NCBI RefSeq assembly: GCF_006345805.1
Contig: NW_021835024.1
Coordinates: 1-43,455, forward strand
DNA length: 43,455 nt
Direction of reading: 5' to 3'
DNA from: Octopus sinensis
Taxonomy: Eukaryota
Every line of letters starts with the position of its first letter. Position 1 is the stretch's first letter. Both the position numbers and the translations under genes were made by a program. This document shows, piece by piece, positions 1-11,517 of this stretch. The notes beneath the pieces are model-generated. The model saw only the letters and a program-made list of their open reading frames with translations. It searched no databases and was not told the origin of the DNA.

Positions 1-380
1 GGTAAGTAGCTGGATTACCAACCACACGGTTCCGGGTTCAGTCCCACTGCGTGGCACCTTGCGAAAGTGTCTTCTACTATAGCCTCGGCCCGACCAAAGC
101 CTTGTGAGTGGATTTGGTAGACGGAAACTGAAAGAAGCCTGTCGTATATATGTGTATATATGTGTGTTTTGTGTGTCTGTGTTTGTCCCACCAACATCGC
201 TTGACAACCAATACTGGGTGTGTTACGTCCCCGTTACTTAGCGGTTCGGCAAAAGAGACCGATAGAATAACTAGGCTTACAAAGAATAAGTCATGGGGTC
301 GATTTGCTCGACTAAAAGGCGGTGCTCCAGCATGGCCGCAGTCAAATGACTGAAACAAGTGAAAGAGTAAAGAGTAAAGA
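1..380 (+). mobile_element. tRNA-derived SINE family A (5' end cut by the window edge)
   Basis: B-box-like GGTTCAGTCCC, CORE-like ccttgggcaagtg segment, internal (TA/TG)n and (GAGTAAA)n tail. About 15 copies in the window. Confidence 0.85.
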
Positions 381-965
381 GTATTTCACAGCTCTGACAT
401 TACTCTTTCGTAGCCTATGAACTTCTCAGCTCACGGTCAACATTTTCTTTCAATGATTTGAGGCCAATAAAATAGAGCAGCAGTGAAATATTAGTGTTGA
501 TTTAATATTCTCATAAACCATCTTCATTGTCCATGGAATTATAACAGAAGACTGAAGCTAATTTTACCTTTCATTGTCAGGAGTTGACAAAAACATAAAC
601 TTAAATGTGAATGGAATTATAATACAGGACAAAGATAAACTTTGTCTTCCATCTCTTCAGAATAGATAAAATAAAGTAGCAGTGATATACTGGTGCAGAT
701 TTAATATTCCTATAAAACATCCAAGATGTCAATGGAATTATAATAGAAGACTAACACTAACTTTGCTTTTCATCATTCTGAGGTTGATAATATAGGCGCA
801 GGAGTGGCTGTGTGGTAAGTAGCTTGCTTACCAACCACATGGTTCCGAGTTCAGTCCCACTGCGTGGCATCTTGGGCAAATGTCTTTTGCTATAGCCTCG
901 GGCCAACCAATGCATTGTGAATGGATTTGGTAGACGGAAACTGAAAGAAGCCTGTCGTATATATG

Positions 966-971
<6 letters not shown>

Positions 972-996
<25 letters not shown>

Positions 997-1210
997 TGTG
1001 TACAGTGCTCAGGTGCACTACAACTCATCGAAAGTGTAAATATAATCAGGTGTAGTTTCGGCGGATTTCGGAAAGCATGAGGGCCTTAAAGGATACAGTG
1101 TCATGGCAGTCAACAACTGACGCAGGCAGTTTATTCCATGCTTCAGCAACTCTGAGCGTGAAAATATGTTTCCGAAAGTCATGGGAGCTGTGCTGTTTTC
1201 TGACTTTGTA
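972..1210 (-). mobile_element. CR1-clade LINE 3' fragment with (ATT)n tail
   Basis: Minus-strand peptide RKHIFTLRVAEAWNKLPASVVDCHDTVSFK matches the CR1/L2 ORF2 C-terminal F..RV...WN.LP..VV......FK motif. The same 3' UTR (ggtgcacctgagcactgta) recurs at about 25460-25562 on +. Confidence 0.8.
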
Positions 1211-1224
1211 GGCATATATATGTA

Positions 1225-1440
1225 TATATTTCTTTACTGCCCACAAAGGGCTAAACATAGAGGGGACAAACAAGGACAAAGGAATCACAATGGCCCCAGT
1301 TGCAAAACTGGTACTTTATTTATCGACCCCGAAAGGATGAAAGGCAAAGTCGACCTCGGCGGAATTTGAACTCAGAACATAACGACAGACGAAATACGGC
1401 TACGCATTTCGCCCGGCGCGCTAACGTTTCTGCCAGCTCG
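1225..1440 (-). mobile_element. tRNA-derived SINE family B (Meta-domain-like core)
   Basis: gagctggcagaaacgttag...GAGTTCAAATTCC B box, then gtcgactttgcctttcatcctttcggggtcgataaa..aagtaccag. Further copies at 10252-10380(-), 25915-26140(+), 31495-31786(-), 35432-35609(-), 36072-36306(+), 37916-38035(+). Confidence 0.8.
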
Positions 1441-1443
1441 CCA

Positions 1444-1512
<69 letters not shown>

Positions 1513-2023
1513 GGGGTGGTGTGTGTGTGTGTTTGTGTGTCTGTGTTTGTCCCCCTAGCATTGCTTGACAACCGATGCTGGTGTGTTTACGTCCCCGTCA
1601 CTTAGCGGTCGGCAAAAGAGGACCGATAGAATAAGTACTGAGCTTACAAAAGAATAAGTCCCGGGGTCGAGTTGCTCGATTAAAGGTGGTGCTCCAGCAT
1701 GGCCGCAGTCAAATGACTGAAACAAGTAAAAAAAGAAAAAGAAAAGGAAAAACTGTGAAATACTGGAACAAGGTCAATAGTGCTTTAAATCAGTTTGAAT
1801 TTCAATGGAATTATAATAAAAAAAAAAGTTAAATTTCGGTTTTTCTGGTGCTGATAAAATAAAATCTGATCAAATTTTGATCCAAAGCCGGCTGAGTCCC
1901 GTTCAGGTCTGACCTGGGGTTAAACAGCAGCAACGGAGTTATCTTTCCTTGACATGGCTTCCCTCAACAAATTTTTGTGATTTTTGGACGAAAACCGAAG
2001 GAAATCTCTTGAAAAAGCTTCTC

Positions 2024-2105
2024 ATGGACGGCAGCCGGGCGATGTTTCACTTTCTAACCCTCGTACTGCACTTAGTCGGAGACAGTAAGACGGTTGTGGC
2101 ACAAA
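2024..2105 (+). CDS. Exon 1 of kelch-repeat type I membrane protein (putative signal peptide MDGSRAMFHFLTLVLHLVGDSKTVVAQ)
   Basis: ATG at 2024 (alternative ATG at 2042), hydrophobic stretch FHFLTLVLHLV ending VVA-Q, donor CAAA|GTAAGT at 2106. It ends in phase 1 (A), which joins the AA at the start of exon 2 to give an in-frame Lys codon. Confidence 0.7.
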
Positions 2106-2679
2106 GTAAGTCTCCCGATTTCCATATATTCCATTATTTCTTCCCCCAACCCTTGACTCACCTCAGCAAATATTTCGTCTTTTTTTATGATTTTTCGTCA
2201 GTTTTTCTCATTTCTTTTCCTGATTCCTGTTTTTCTAAATATTTTATGTGTCGAAATTAATATCTAATCCCCTCCGGTCTTTCCCTTCTCCACCGATTCC
2301 CCGATTTCTCCATAATTTACTCGTCTTCGCCACTTCCTCGTCCAATCTGCTAGAAATAACAGCCAAAATCGCATTCCAATCAAAACCATTCGTCTTCTTC
2401 TTCGTTTTTTACAAAAATATGTTTCTTTTTAAATAATCAGAAAGAGACGTATGAATAAACATCCTCCGATTCGTCAGAAGGCGAGGTGGGCATGGCTGGA
2501 ATGGCTTCGATCACTAATTCTAGCGACTTTGGTTTCCCTTGGCTTTCAGGCTTTCATCCGTTCTTCTCGATCTGCCATAAATAATAGATTTCTTTCGAAT
2601 CGCACAGAACAAAAGCAAAAAAACAAAGCTAAAAGACGAAAAAAAAAACAAAAACCAGGAGACAAAGAAAGGCGTACAT

Positions 2680-3710
2680 GAGATAATGTTGTCCTAGATG
2701 GACAATGCCACAATAAAAGACGGGATGGTAACAGCTGGAAGGCATCGATCGCGCATCGACTGGATCTGGGCCAACCTGGGGTTAAATAACAACAACTGTG
2801 GCCTACAATGCATACTAATACACGCACATTAGATAATGTAGTCTTCGATGTGGCATTCCACAACAAAAGGTGGGATGGTCACGGCTAGAATACCGATCGT
2901 TATAGATTTACTGGATCTAAGCTGATCTACGGTTAAATACCAACAACTCTAGCCACTAATACTTACTACTATACTATACACGAGATGATGTAGTCCTAGA
3001 TACACTATGCCTGAATAAAAGATGGGATGGTCACAGCTGGAACGTCTTTGATCATAGGCCTGTCTGGATCAGGACTGACCTAGGGTTAAACAACAATAAC
3101 AACTATAGCCACCGGTACTAACTACTATACTATACATTAGATAATGTAGTCCTAGATACACTATGTCTGAAAAAAAGATGGGATGGTCAGAGCTGGAATG
3201 TCTTTGATCATAGGCCTGTCTGGATCGGGATTGACCTTGGGCTAAACAACAACAGCCACTAATACTAACTACTCTACTAAACATTAGATACTGTAGTCCT
3301 AGATACACTATGTCAGAATAATAGATGGGATGGTCACAGCTGGAACGTCTTTGATCATAGGCCTGTCTGGATCAGGACTGACCTAGGGTTAAACAACAAT
3401 AACAACTATAGCCACCGGTACTAACTACTATACTATACATTAGATAATGTAGTCCTAGATACACTATGCCTGAATAAAAGAGGGGATGGTCATAGCTGGA
3501 ACACCTTTGATCATGGGTCCCTCTACTGGATCGGGATTGACCTTGGGCTAAACAACAATTCTAGCCACGAATATTAACTACTATACGACACATTAGATAA
3601 TGTAGTCCTAGATACACTATGCCTGAATTAAAGATGGGATGGTCACAGCTGGAACGTCTTTGATCATAGGCCTGTCTGGATCAGAACTGGCCTGGGGCTA
3701 GACAACAACA
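2680..3710 (+). repeat. Tandem array of about 7 units of about 150 bp
   Basis: Unit tagataatgtagtcctagatacactatg...gatggtcacagctggaa...gacct(a/t)ggg(t/c)taaacaacaa starts near 2680, 2830, 2983, 3138, 3285, 3441 and 3594. Confidence 0.9.
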
Positions 3711-4031
3711 TACATGGTTGCCTGATCTGTTTGAAATAACAGCCAAATCTTCCTCAAACCACACCTGATGGTCTTAGAAGAAGGACACATTGGACAATGT
3801 CATTAAAAATTTGTAGGGAAAAAGATAAAATACCAACAGGATGGTCATTGCTGGAATGCCTATGATTATAACTTCATCAAATCTGACCTGTGGCTAAACA
3901 ACATCAACAGCAACAATAGCCGTGTGTCTTATTGAGTAAAAAAATTGAGGCTGTGGGAAAATTCTCAACCTGTTAGAAATAGCAACCGAATCTCCCTCAA
4001 ATCACATTACACCACATATACTATATCATTA

Positions 4032-4418
4032 GTGGAGGCGCAATGGCCCAGTGGTTAGGGCAGCGGACTCGCGGTCATAGAATCGCGGTTTCGATTCCCA
4101 GACCGGGCGTTGTGAGTGTTTATTGAGCGAAAAACACCTAAAAGCTCCACGAGGCTCGGCAGGGGATGTGGTGGTGATCCCTGCTGTACTCTTTCACCAC
4201 AACTTTCTCTCACTCTTACTTCCTGTTTCTGTTGTACCTGTATTTCAAAGGGCCGGCCTTGTCACTCTCTGTGTCACGCTGAATATCCCCGAGAACTATG
4301 TTAAGGGTACACGTGTCTGTGGAGTGCTCAGCCACTTTCACGTTAATTTCACGAGCAGGCTGTTCCATTGATCGGATCAACCGGAACCCTCGTCGTCGCA
4401 ACCGACGGAGTGCTTCCA
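4032..4418 (+). mobile_element. tRNA-derived SINE family C (tRNA-Arg-like head; possibly Octopus OR type)
   Basis: A box TGGCCCAGTGGTTAGG, B box GGTTTCGATTCCC, flanking actatatcat TSD, near-identical copies elsewhere in the window. The family name is from memory and not verified. Confidence 0.85.
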
Positions 4419-4431
4419 TCCACTATATCAT

Positions 4432-4790
4432 CATCATCATCATCACCATCGTTGTTTAACGTCCACTTTCCATGCTGGCATGGGTTGGAAGGGTTGACTG
4501 AAAACTAGTAAGCCGGTAGGGCTGCTCCAGGTTCCGATCTGATTTAGCAAGGTTTCTATGGCTGGATGCCCTTCTTAACACTAACCACTCTGAGAGTGTA
4601 TTGGGTGCTTTTTATGTGCCACCAGCACAGGTACCATTAATCTGACACGGACATTGGCCACAACTAAAGTCTCACTTGGCTTGACAGGTCAACACAAGCA
4701 CGGCATATCATCGAGGGTCTTGGTCACCTGTCACTGCCTCCATGTGGCACAACACTCAGTTGGTGCTTTTTACATACGACCAGCATGGGT
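4432..4790 (-). mobile_element. SINE-like family D, diverged copy
   Basis: Reverse complement of the gaagggcatccag...catgccagcatggaaagtggacgttaaac(gat)n 3' end shared with 5537-6026. Confidence 0.7.
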
Positions 4791-4823
4791 TACCGGATAT
4801 GTATCTGTACTTTGTCCAGAACT

Positions 4824-5243
4824 AGGCGCAGGAGTGGCTGTGTGGTAAGTAGCTTGCTTACCAACCACATGGTTCCGGGTTCAGTCCCACTGCGTGGCAT
4901 CTTGGGCAAGTGTCTTCTACTATAGCCTCGGGCCGACCAAAGCCTTGTGAGTGGATTTGGTAGACAGAAACTGAAAGAAGCCCGTTGTATATATATATAT
5001 ATATATATGTGTGGTGTGTGTGCATGTATGTTTGTGTGTCTGTGTTTGTCCCCCTAGCATTGCTTGACAACCGATGCTGGTGTGTTTATGTCCCTGTCAG
5101 TTAATGGTTCGGCAAAAGAGACCGATAGAATAAGTACTGGGCTTACAAAAGAATAAGTCCCGGGGTCGATTTGCTCGACTAAAAAGGTGGTGCTCCAGCA
5201 TGGCCACAGTCAACTGACTGAAACAAGTAAAGGAGTAAAGAGT
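4824..5243 (+). mobile_element. SINE family A, full length
   Basis: aggcgcaggagtggctgtgtggtaag head through to the aaacaagtaaa..gagtaaagag tail. Confidence 0.9.
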
Positions 5244-5536
5244 GACTGTCATTTTGCTATAAGCTAAACCTGATATAAATGGGCCCTTGTTATAAGGGAA
5301 CTGCAAGTATCTCTCCGTATTAACACTGCCTCTCTCACTAATATATATTTTTCTACATGCTCACTTTTGCAACATCAGCGCCTGTTCTGGCACTGTCAGT
5401 CCATGTATCGCTGGTGGGGAGATGAATTTCTGGTACCCCTAGCGGTCAAGTGTCCACTATTGACAAGACTAAACAAGGTCGGAACCACGTAATCTGTTGG
5501 TCTTGGTGCTGGAGATATTTCCCACCGCTGCCCCGA

Positions 5537-6026
5537 CTGGCCTCGTGCCGGTGGCACGTAAAAAGCACCATCCGATCGTGGCCGTTTGCCAGCCCCGTCT
5601 GGCACCTAAAAAGCACCATCCGTTCGTGGCCGTTGCCAGCCTTGCCTGGCCTCCGCGCCGGTGGCACATAAAAAGTACCATCCGATCGTGGCTGTTTGCC
5701 TGCCCCGTCTGGCACCTGTGCAGGTGGCATGTAAAAAGCACCATCCGTCCGTGGCCGTTTGCCAGCCTCGCCTGGCCTCCGTGCCGGTGGCACGTAAAAA
5801 GCACCATCCGATCGTGGCCGTTTGCCAGCCCCGTCTGGCACCTTCTACCGGTGGCATGTAAAAAGCACCCACTACACTCATGGAGTGGTTGGCGTTAGGA
5901 AGGGCATCCAGCTGTAGAAACTATGCCAGGTCAGACTGGAGCCTGGTGCAGCCTTCTGGCTTCCAGATCCCAGTTGAACCGTCCAACCCATGCTAGCACA
6001 GAAAACGAACGTTAAACGATGATGAT
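5537..6026 (+). mobile_element. SINE-like family D with internal tandem array of about 61-bp units
   Basis: Five to six units of ccggtggcacgtaaaaagcaccatccgatcgtggccgtttgccagcc.cg.ctggc, then ttaggaagggcatccagctgtagaaac...gttaaac(gat)n. Confidence 0.85.
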
Positions 6027-6574
6027 GTGATATACAGAAGAGGGCATTTTTCACCAAATTGCCAATATGAGAGTTTCTCTTGGGGTTTCTGTCACAGTAT
6101 AGTTTATTCTAACAAACGGGGGGGGGGATCTCTCAGTATTAAAATTGCCTCTGTTGCTAATACGTATAAATGAAGCAAGCATGATAGGAAATGTCAGTGT
6201 ATGTGAGGTGATTGAAGAAGGGGTGGAGGCACATGGCTTAGTGGTTAGAGCAGGGGGTCGATTCGCTCGACTAAAGGCGGTGCTCCAGCATGGCCGCAGT
6301 CAAATGACTGAAACAAGTAAAAGAGTAAAAGAGAGTAAAAAGTAAGAACACACAGGAATATGGAAAGTTTCACCGATAAGGTGACGGATGAGGTGACAAA
6401 AGGTTTCCGGACAATGGATAGGCATTAAATGAATAAAATAAGAACAATAATAAAAGAGTAAAGAAAAAAGTATAAAGTGTTTATTTGGCAAATAAAAAAA
6501 AGGACCATCCCAAAATACAACTATAGATATATATTGTGTGTATATTATATATACATATATAATATATATATATG

Positions 6575-6606
<32 letters not shown>

Positions 6607-6682
6607 CGTATTATATATATGTAATATATATATATATACACACATACATATATATATATATACATATATATATATATGTATG

Positions 6683-6720
<38 letters not shown>

Positions 6721-6909
6721 TATAGGTATGTATATGTACATATATGTATGTATATATATATATATATATATAATATAATATATATATATATATAATATAA
6801 TATATAGATATTATATATATGTGTATATACATACATACATAATATAGAGGTATGTGTGTGCAAACAGGACGAATAGAACTCGAAATATGAGTAGAAGTAT
6901 ATTCTTATG

Positions 6910-7014
6910 AATACTTAGCAAAGTGACAGAGTGACTCAAGCCTGAGAGTTTTATAAGTGCCAACCACACAACACTCTCAGAGTTTGAGTCTCTCTGTCAC
7001 TTCAGCTAAATATT
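6910..7014. repeat. Hairpin with about 40-bp arms in intron 1
   Basis: aatacttagcaaagtgacagagtgactcaagcctgagagt (6910-6949) pairs with actctcagagtttgagtctctctgtcacttcagctaaatatt (6973-7014). Confidence 0.75.
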
Positions 7015-7261
7015 AATTTTATATATATATATATATATAATATATATATAATAAATATATATATGCTAGCATGGAAAGCGGACATTAAACGATAAACGAT
7101 ATATATATTTATATGACAAGGATATGACGGATTCTTCATTTCCATCTTTGAAAGTCACTCACAAGGCTTTTGTTGACCCAGGATTATTGTAGATGACATA
7201 CACCTTAAATGTCATGCAATGGGAATGAACCGGAAGCCTTGTGGTTCGGAAGCAAACTTTT

Positions 7262-7830
7262 AAATCAAAATCAAAATCAAAATCGATCAACATCAATGGA
7301 AATTGTAGCTGTGATACCAGTGCCGGTGGCACGTAAGAGAACCATCCGAACGTGGCCATTGCCAGCGCTGCCTCAACTGGCCTCTGTGCCGGTGGTACGT
7401 AAAAAGCACCATTCGATCACGGCCGTTGCCAGGCTCGCCTGGCCTCCGTACCAGTGGCACGTAAAAAGCACCATCTGATCGTGGCCATTGCCAGGCTCGC
7501 CTGGCCTCCGTACCAGTGGCACGTAAAAAGCACCATCTGATCGTGGCCATTGCCAGCCTTGTCTGGCCTCCGTACCGGTGGCACGTAAAAAAAAAACCAT
7601 CCGAGTGTGGCCGTTTGCCAGCCTCGTCTGGCACCTGTGCGGGTGGCACGTAAAAAGCACCCACTACACTCATGGAGTGGTTGGCATTAGGAAGGGTATC
7701 CAGCTGTAGAAACACTGCCATATCAGACTGGGCCTAGTGCAGCCTTCTAGCTTTCCAGATCCCCGGTCGAACTGTCCAACCCATGCTAGCATGGAAAGCG
7801 GACGCTAAACGATGATGGTGATGATGATGA
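7262..7830 (+). mobile_element. SINE-like family D with internal tandem array of about 61-bp units
   Basis: Same unit repeated about 6 times (7321-7661), same 3' body and (GAT)n tail. A shorter copy lies at 8163-8433(-). Confidence 0.85.
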
Positions 7831-8536
7831 TAGCTGTCTCTCTTGGATGCCTGGGACAGATTTTATAAAATACTTGTGTGACTCACATATAAAACCGGTT
7901 GAATCTCATGTTAAACATTTTTTATACTCTTTTACTCTCTTTAACTTGTTTCAGTCATTTGACTGTGGCCATGCTGGAGCACTGCCTTTAATCGAGCATT
8001 TCGACCCCCGGACTTATTCTTTGGAAGCCTAGTACTTATTCTATCGGTCTTTTTTGCCGAACCGCTAAGTTACACACCAGCATCGGTTGTCAAGCAATGC
8101 TAGGGGGACAAACACAGACACACAAACATATACACACACAAACATGTATATATATATATATATCATCACCATCGTTTAACGTCCGCTTTCCATGCTGGCA
8201 TGGGTTGGACGGTTCAATTGGGGTCTGGGAAGCCAGGAGGCTGCACCAGGCCCAGTCTGATCTGGCAGTGTTTCTACAGCTGGATGCCCTTCCTAATGCC
8301 AACCACTCCATGAGTGTAGTGGGTGCTTTTTACGTGCCAGACGAGGCTGGCAACAGCCACGATCGGATGGTGCTTTTTATGTGCCACCGGCATGGGGGCC
8401 AGGCGAGGCTGGCGAACGGCCACGCTCGGATGGCTATAATAGAACATCCGACTCACTAGAAAGAGCAGCTAAACTCCAAACCACTAATAGTTGTAATTCT
8501 GAAATAAAAAGAGAAATAAAAACATTTACCCTTTCC

Positions 8537-8630
8537 TCACTGGACTATGCATAGTTTCGGCAAACTTATGTAAATAAATTAAATTAAATTAAATTTATTT
8601 ACCACTGGCGTTGCACTCATCAGCAGAAAA
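8537..8630 (-). ncRNA. Type I hammerhead ribozyme motif (Penelope/retrozyme-like), in intron 1, antisense
   Basis: Minus strand reads ctg-CTGATGA-gtgcaa...gtaaataaattt...aatttatttac...ttgcc-GAAAC-tatgcata-GTC-cag. Intact core, palindromic stem III ACTATGCATAGT, long stem II, stem I ctg/cag. Confidence 0.75.
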
Positions 8631-8685
8631 GCCAAGGACTACCATATAATATAAATATATACATATATATATATATATACATATT

Positions 8686-8983
8686 GTGGAGGCGCAATGG
8701 CCCAGTGGTTAGGGCAGCAGACTCGCGGTCGGAGGATCGCGGTTTCGATTCCCAGACCGGGCGTTGTGAGTGTTTATTGAGCGAAAACACCTAAAAGCTC
8801 CACAAGGCTCCTGCAGGGGATGGTGGTGATCCCTGCTGTACTCTTTCACCACTCTTTCTTCTGTTGGCCTGCTCGCTTAGCCAGCGGGGTGGCGTCATTC
8901 GAAGGCTAAAACAATGCGAACGCATTGTGACTAGCGATGTGTAACTACATCTGATGGTCTGGTCGGTCACGTGATCACGTGAT
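8686..8983 (+). mobile_element. SINE sharing the family C head but with a different 3' body
   Basis: Nearly identical to family C up to ctctttcaccac (about 8852), then an unrelated body ending ggtcacgtgatcacgtgat. Confidence 0.8.
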
Positions 8984-9321
8984 ATACACATATATAAGAC
9001 GGGCTTCTTTCAGTTTCCGTCTACCAAATCCACTCGTTTGGTCGGCCCGAGGTTATAGTAGAAGACACTTGCCCAAGGTGCCACGCAGTGGGAATAAACG
9101 GAGAACCATGTGGTTGGTAAGCAAGCTACTTACCACACAGCCACTCCTGGGCCTATATATATAACTAGACTGAAATATTTCATTATTTTGGTGAAGGTAA
9201 GTGTTTGTCTCTCTCTCTTTCTCTCTCACAAAGTATTTCACTTGTTTTGTTGATTGTGGGACTCTGTTGACGATAACAGCTCTTGTACCAAAACAAATAT
9301 TTGTTTTCCCTTCTGTATGTA

Positions 9322-9527
9322 TACTCTTTTACTTGTTTCAATCATTTGACTGCGGCCATGCTGGAGCACCGCCTTTAATCGAGCAACTCGTCCCCGGGAC
9401 TTATTCTTTGTAAGCCCAGTACTGATTCTATCGGTCTCTTTTTGCCGAACCGCTAAGTGACGGGGACATAAACACACCAGCATCGGTTGTCAAGCAATGC
9501 TAGGGGGACAAACACAGACACACAAAC

Positions 9528-9560
<33 letters not shown>

Positions 9561-9716
9561 CGACAGGCTTCTTTCAGTTTCCGTCTACCAAATCCACTCA
9601 CAAGGCTTTGGTTGGCGAGGCTATAGTAGAAGATACTTGCCCAAGGTGCCACACAGTGGGACTGAACCCAGAACCATGTGGTTGGTAAGCAAGCTACTTA
9701 CCACCCAGCCACTCCT
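9322..9716 (-). mobile_element. SINE family A, full length
   Basis: Reverse complement of the family A consensus. Partial copies also at 7925-8150(-) and 8996-9153(-). Confidence 0.9.
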
Positions 9717-9952
9717 GATTGTTTAATGCCTGCTTTCTATGCTGGCATGGGTTGGACAGTTCGGCATGAAGTTGGCTCGGCAAAAGACTGCAACGGGCTC
9801 TACTGTTTGTTTTGGCATGGTCCTTATGGCTCAATACCCTTCCTAACACCACCCATCCAACAGAATGAGCTGATGGCTACCACAAGGGCAGCTTTGGGGA
9901 GAGGATTATGTCAATTACATGACCCTAGTGTGTAACTGGTACTACTCAATCT

Positions 9953-10245
9953 ACCAGACCGGGCGTTGTGAGTGTTTAATGAGCGAAAACACCTAAAAGC
10001 CCCATGAGGCTCCGGCAGGGGATGGTGGTGATCCCTGCTGTACTCTTTCACCACAACTTTCTCTCACTCTTACTTCCTGTTTCTGTTGTGCCTGTATTTC
10101 AAAGGGCCGGCCTTGTCACTCTCTGTGTCATGCTGAATATCCCCGAGAACTACGTTAAAGGTACACACGTTAATTTCACGAGCAGGCTGTTCCGTTGATT
10201 GGATCAACCGTAACCCTCGTCGTCGTAACCGACGGAGTGCTTCCA
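9953..10245 (+). mobile_element. SINE family C, 5'-truncated
   Basis: Starts at ccagaccgggcgttgtgag, has an internal deletion and ends gacggagtgcttcca. Confidence 0.85.
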
Positions 10246-10378
10246 GCCAACTTAATCTACCCCAAAAGGATGGAAGGCAAAGTCAACCTTGGCAGAATTT
10301 GAACTCAGAACGCAGTAGCAGACAAAATATTGCTAAGCATTTCACCCAGTGTGCTAACGATTCTGCCAACTCACTGCC

Positions 10379-10607
10379 TTAACCCTTTAGCATTTAAACC
10401 GGCCATATCCGGCCAAAAGTATTCTGCCTGTTTTGTGGTCAAACTGACCAGATCTGGTCTCTCACACCAACCCTACAATATCATTTTAAAAATTAACAGC
10501 TACCTCATCAAAATCTCATAGCTACAAGATGATGCATGATTAGTTCAAAACAATGTGGATAAAAAAGCATTAGTTTTGGCGGAATAATGCGAACACTAAA
10601 GAGTTAA
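10379..10607 (+). mobile_element. piggyBac-type MITE family 1
   Basis: TTAA-CCCTTTAG...CTAAAGAG-TTAA termini; a related inverted copy lies at about 40461-41165. Confidence 0.7.
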
Positions 10608-10686
10608 TTATAATGATGATGATGATGATTTTTTACTCCTCCTCCTCCTACTAAATTTTTGTTATTTTTATCCCTTCTTTTTCTAG

Positions 10687-11116
10687 AATGGTTGTGGAGG
10701 GACATACCCAACTACATCGACCAAGGCTACTTGGATTATCACCCCGGGCCCCGGTCAGGCAGCTCTGCATGGGGAGACAGCAATGGAACCCTTTGGCTGT
10801 TTGGTGGACACACGTTCTGGGACATTCAGTCGGACCGTGACCCCGTGTTGCTGAATGACCTCTGGATACACCATACCAAGGAAAACATCTGGAAACTCAC
10901 CCATTCAGGCTGGCAAAACAGAGCAGCACAGGCCCCTCCGTTTCTCGATGCACCGAAACCTCGCTACGGTTCTGTTTCGTGTGGGCTCCCAGGGGTGCTG
11001 TTTGCTGTCTACGGTGGGGCCGAGGAGAGCGGGCAAGTACTTAATGACACTTGGGTGTTCTACCAGAAACGAAAACGGTGGATTAATCTGAACAGGGTCC
11101 AACAGGATTCAACCAG
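10687..11116 (+). CDS. Exon 2 of kelch-repeat type I membrane protein (blades 1-2)
   Basis: Polypyrimidine tract and TTCTAG acceptor ending at 10686; donor CCAG|GTAAGG at 11117. Encodes PGPRSGSSAWGDSNGTLWLFGG...NDLW...W and PKPRYGS...VYGG...NDTW...W kelch repeats. Ends in phase 2 (AG). Confidence 0.9.
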
Positions 11117-11132
11117 GTAAGGACAAGCCTAA

Positions 11133-11327
11133 TACTCTTTTACTTGTTTTAGTCATTTGACTGTGGCCATCCTGGAGCACCGCCTTTAGTAGAGCAAATC
11201 GACCCCAGGAGTTATTCTTTGTAAGCCTAGTACTTATTCTATCGGTCTCTTTTGCCGAACCGCTAAGTAACGGGGATGTAAACACACCAGCATCGGTTGT
11301 CAAGCAATGCTAGGGGGACAAACACTG

Positions 11328-11358
<31 letters not shown>

Positions 11359-11517
11359 CGATGGGCTTCTTTCAGTTTCCGTCTACCAAATCCACTCACA
11401 AGGCATTGGTCGGCCCGAGGCTATAGTAGAAGACACTTGCCCAAGATGCCATGCAGTGGGACTGAACCCGGAACCATGTGGTTGGTAAACAAGCTACTTA
11501 CCACACAGCCACTCCTG
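11133..11517 (-). mobile_element. SINE family A, full length, about 16 bp inside intron 2
   Basis: Reverse complement of the family A consensus. Confidence 0.9.

Larger units (their letters stand above)
794..1735 (+). mobile_element. SINE family A split by nested insertions (5' half 794-970, 3' half about 1510-1735)
   Basis: Both halves match family A in the same orientation, with a CR1 3' fragment and a family B SINE between them. Confidence 0.7.

Noticed and set aside
2451-2681. 76-aa ORF with a hydrophobic stretch as an alternative first exon
   Set aside because: It has no good phase-compatible donor, whereas 2024-2105 has a GTAAGT donor and the correct phase.
4032-4110. tRNA genes at SINE heads
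   Set aside because: A and B boxes are present, but the sequence runs into a multi-copy SINE body with TSDs and lacks a proper acceptor stem.
5537-5870. CRISPR-like regular repeats
   Set aside because: The intervening sequences are copies of each other rather than unique spacers, there are no cas genes, and the context is a eukaryotic SINE.
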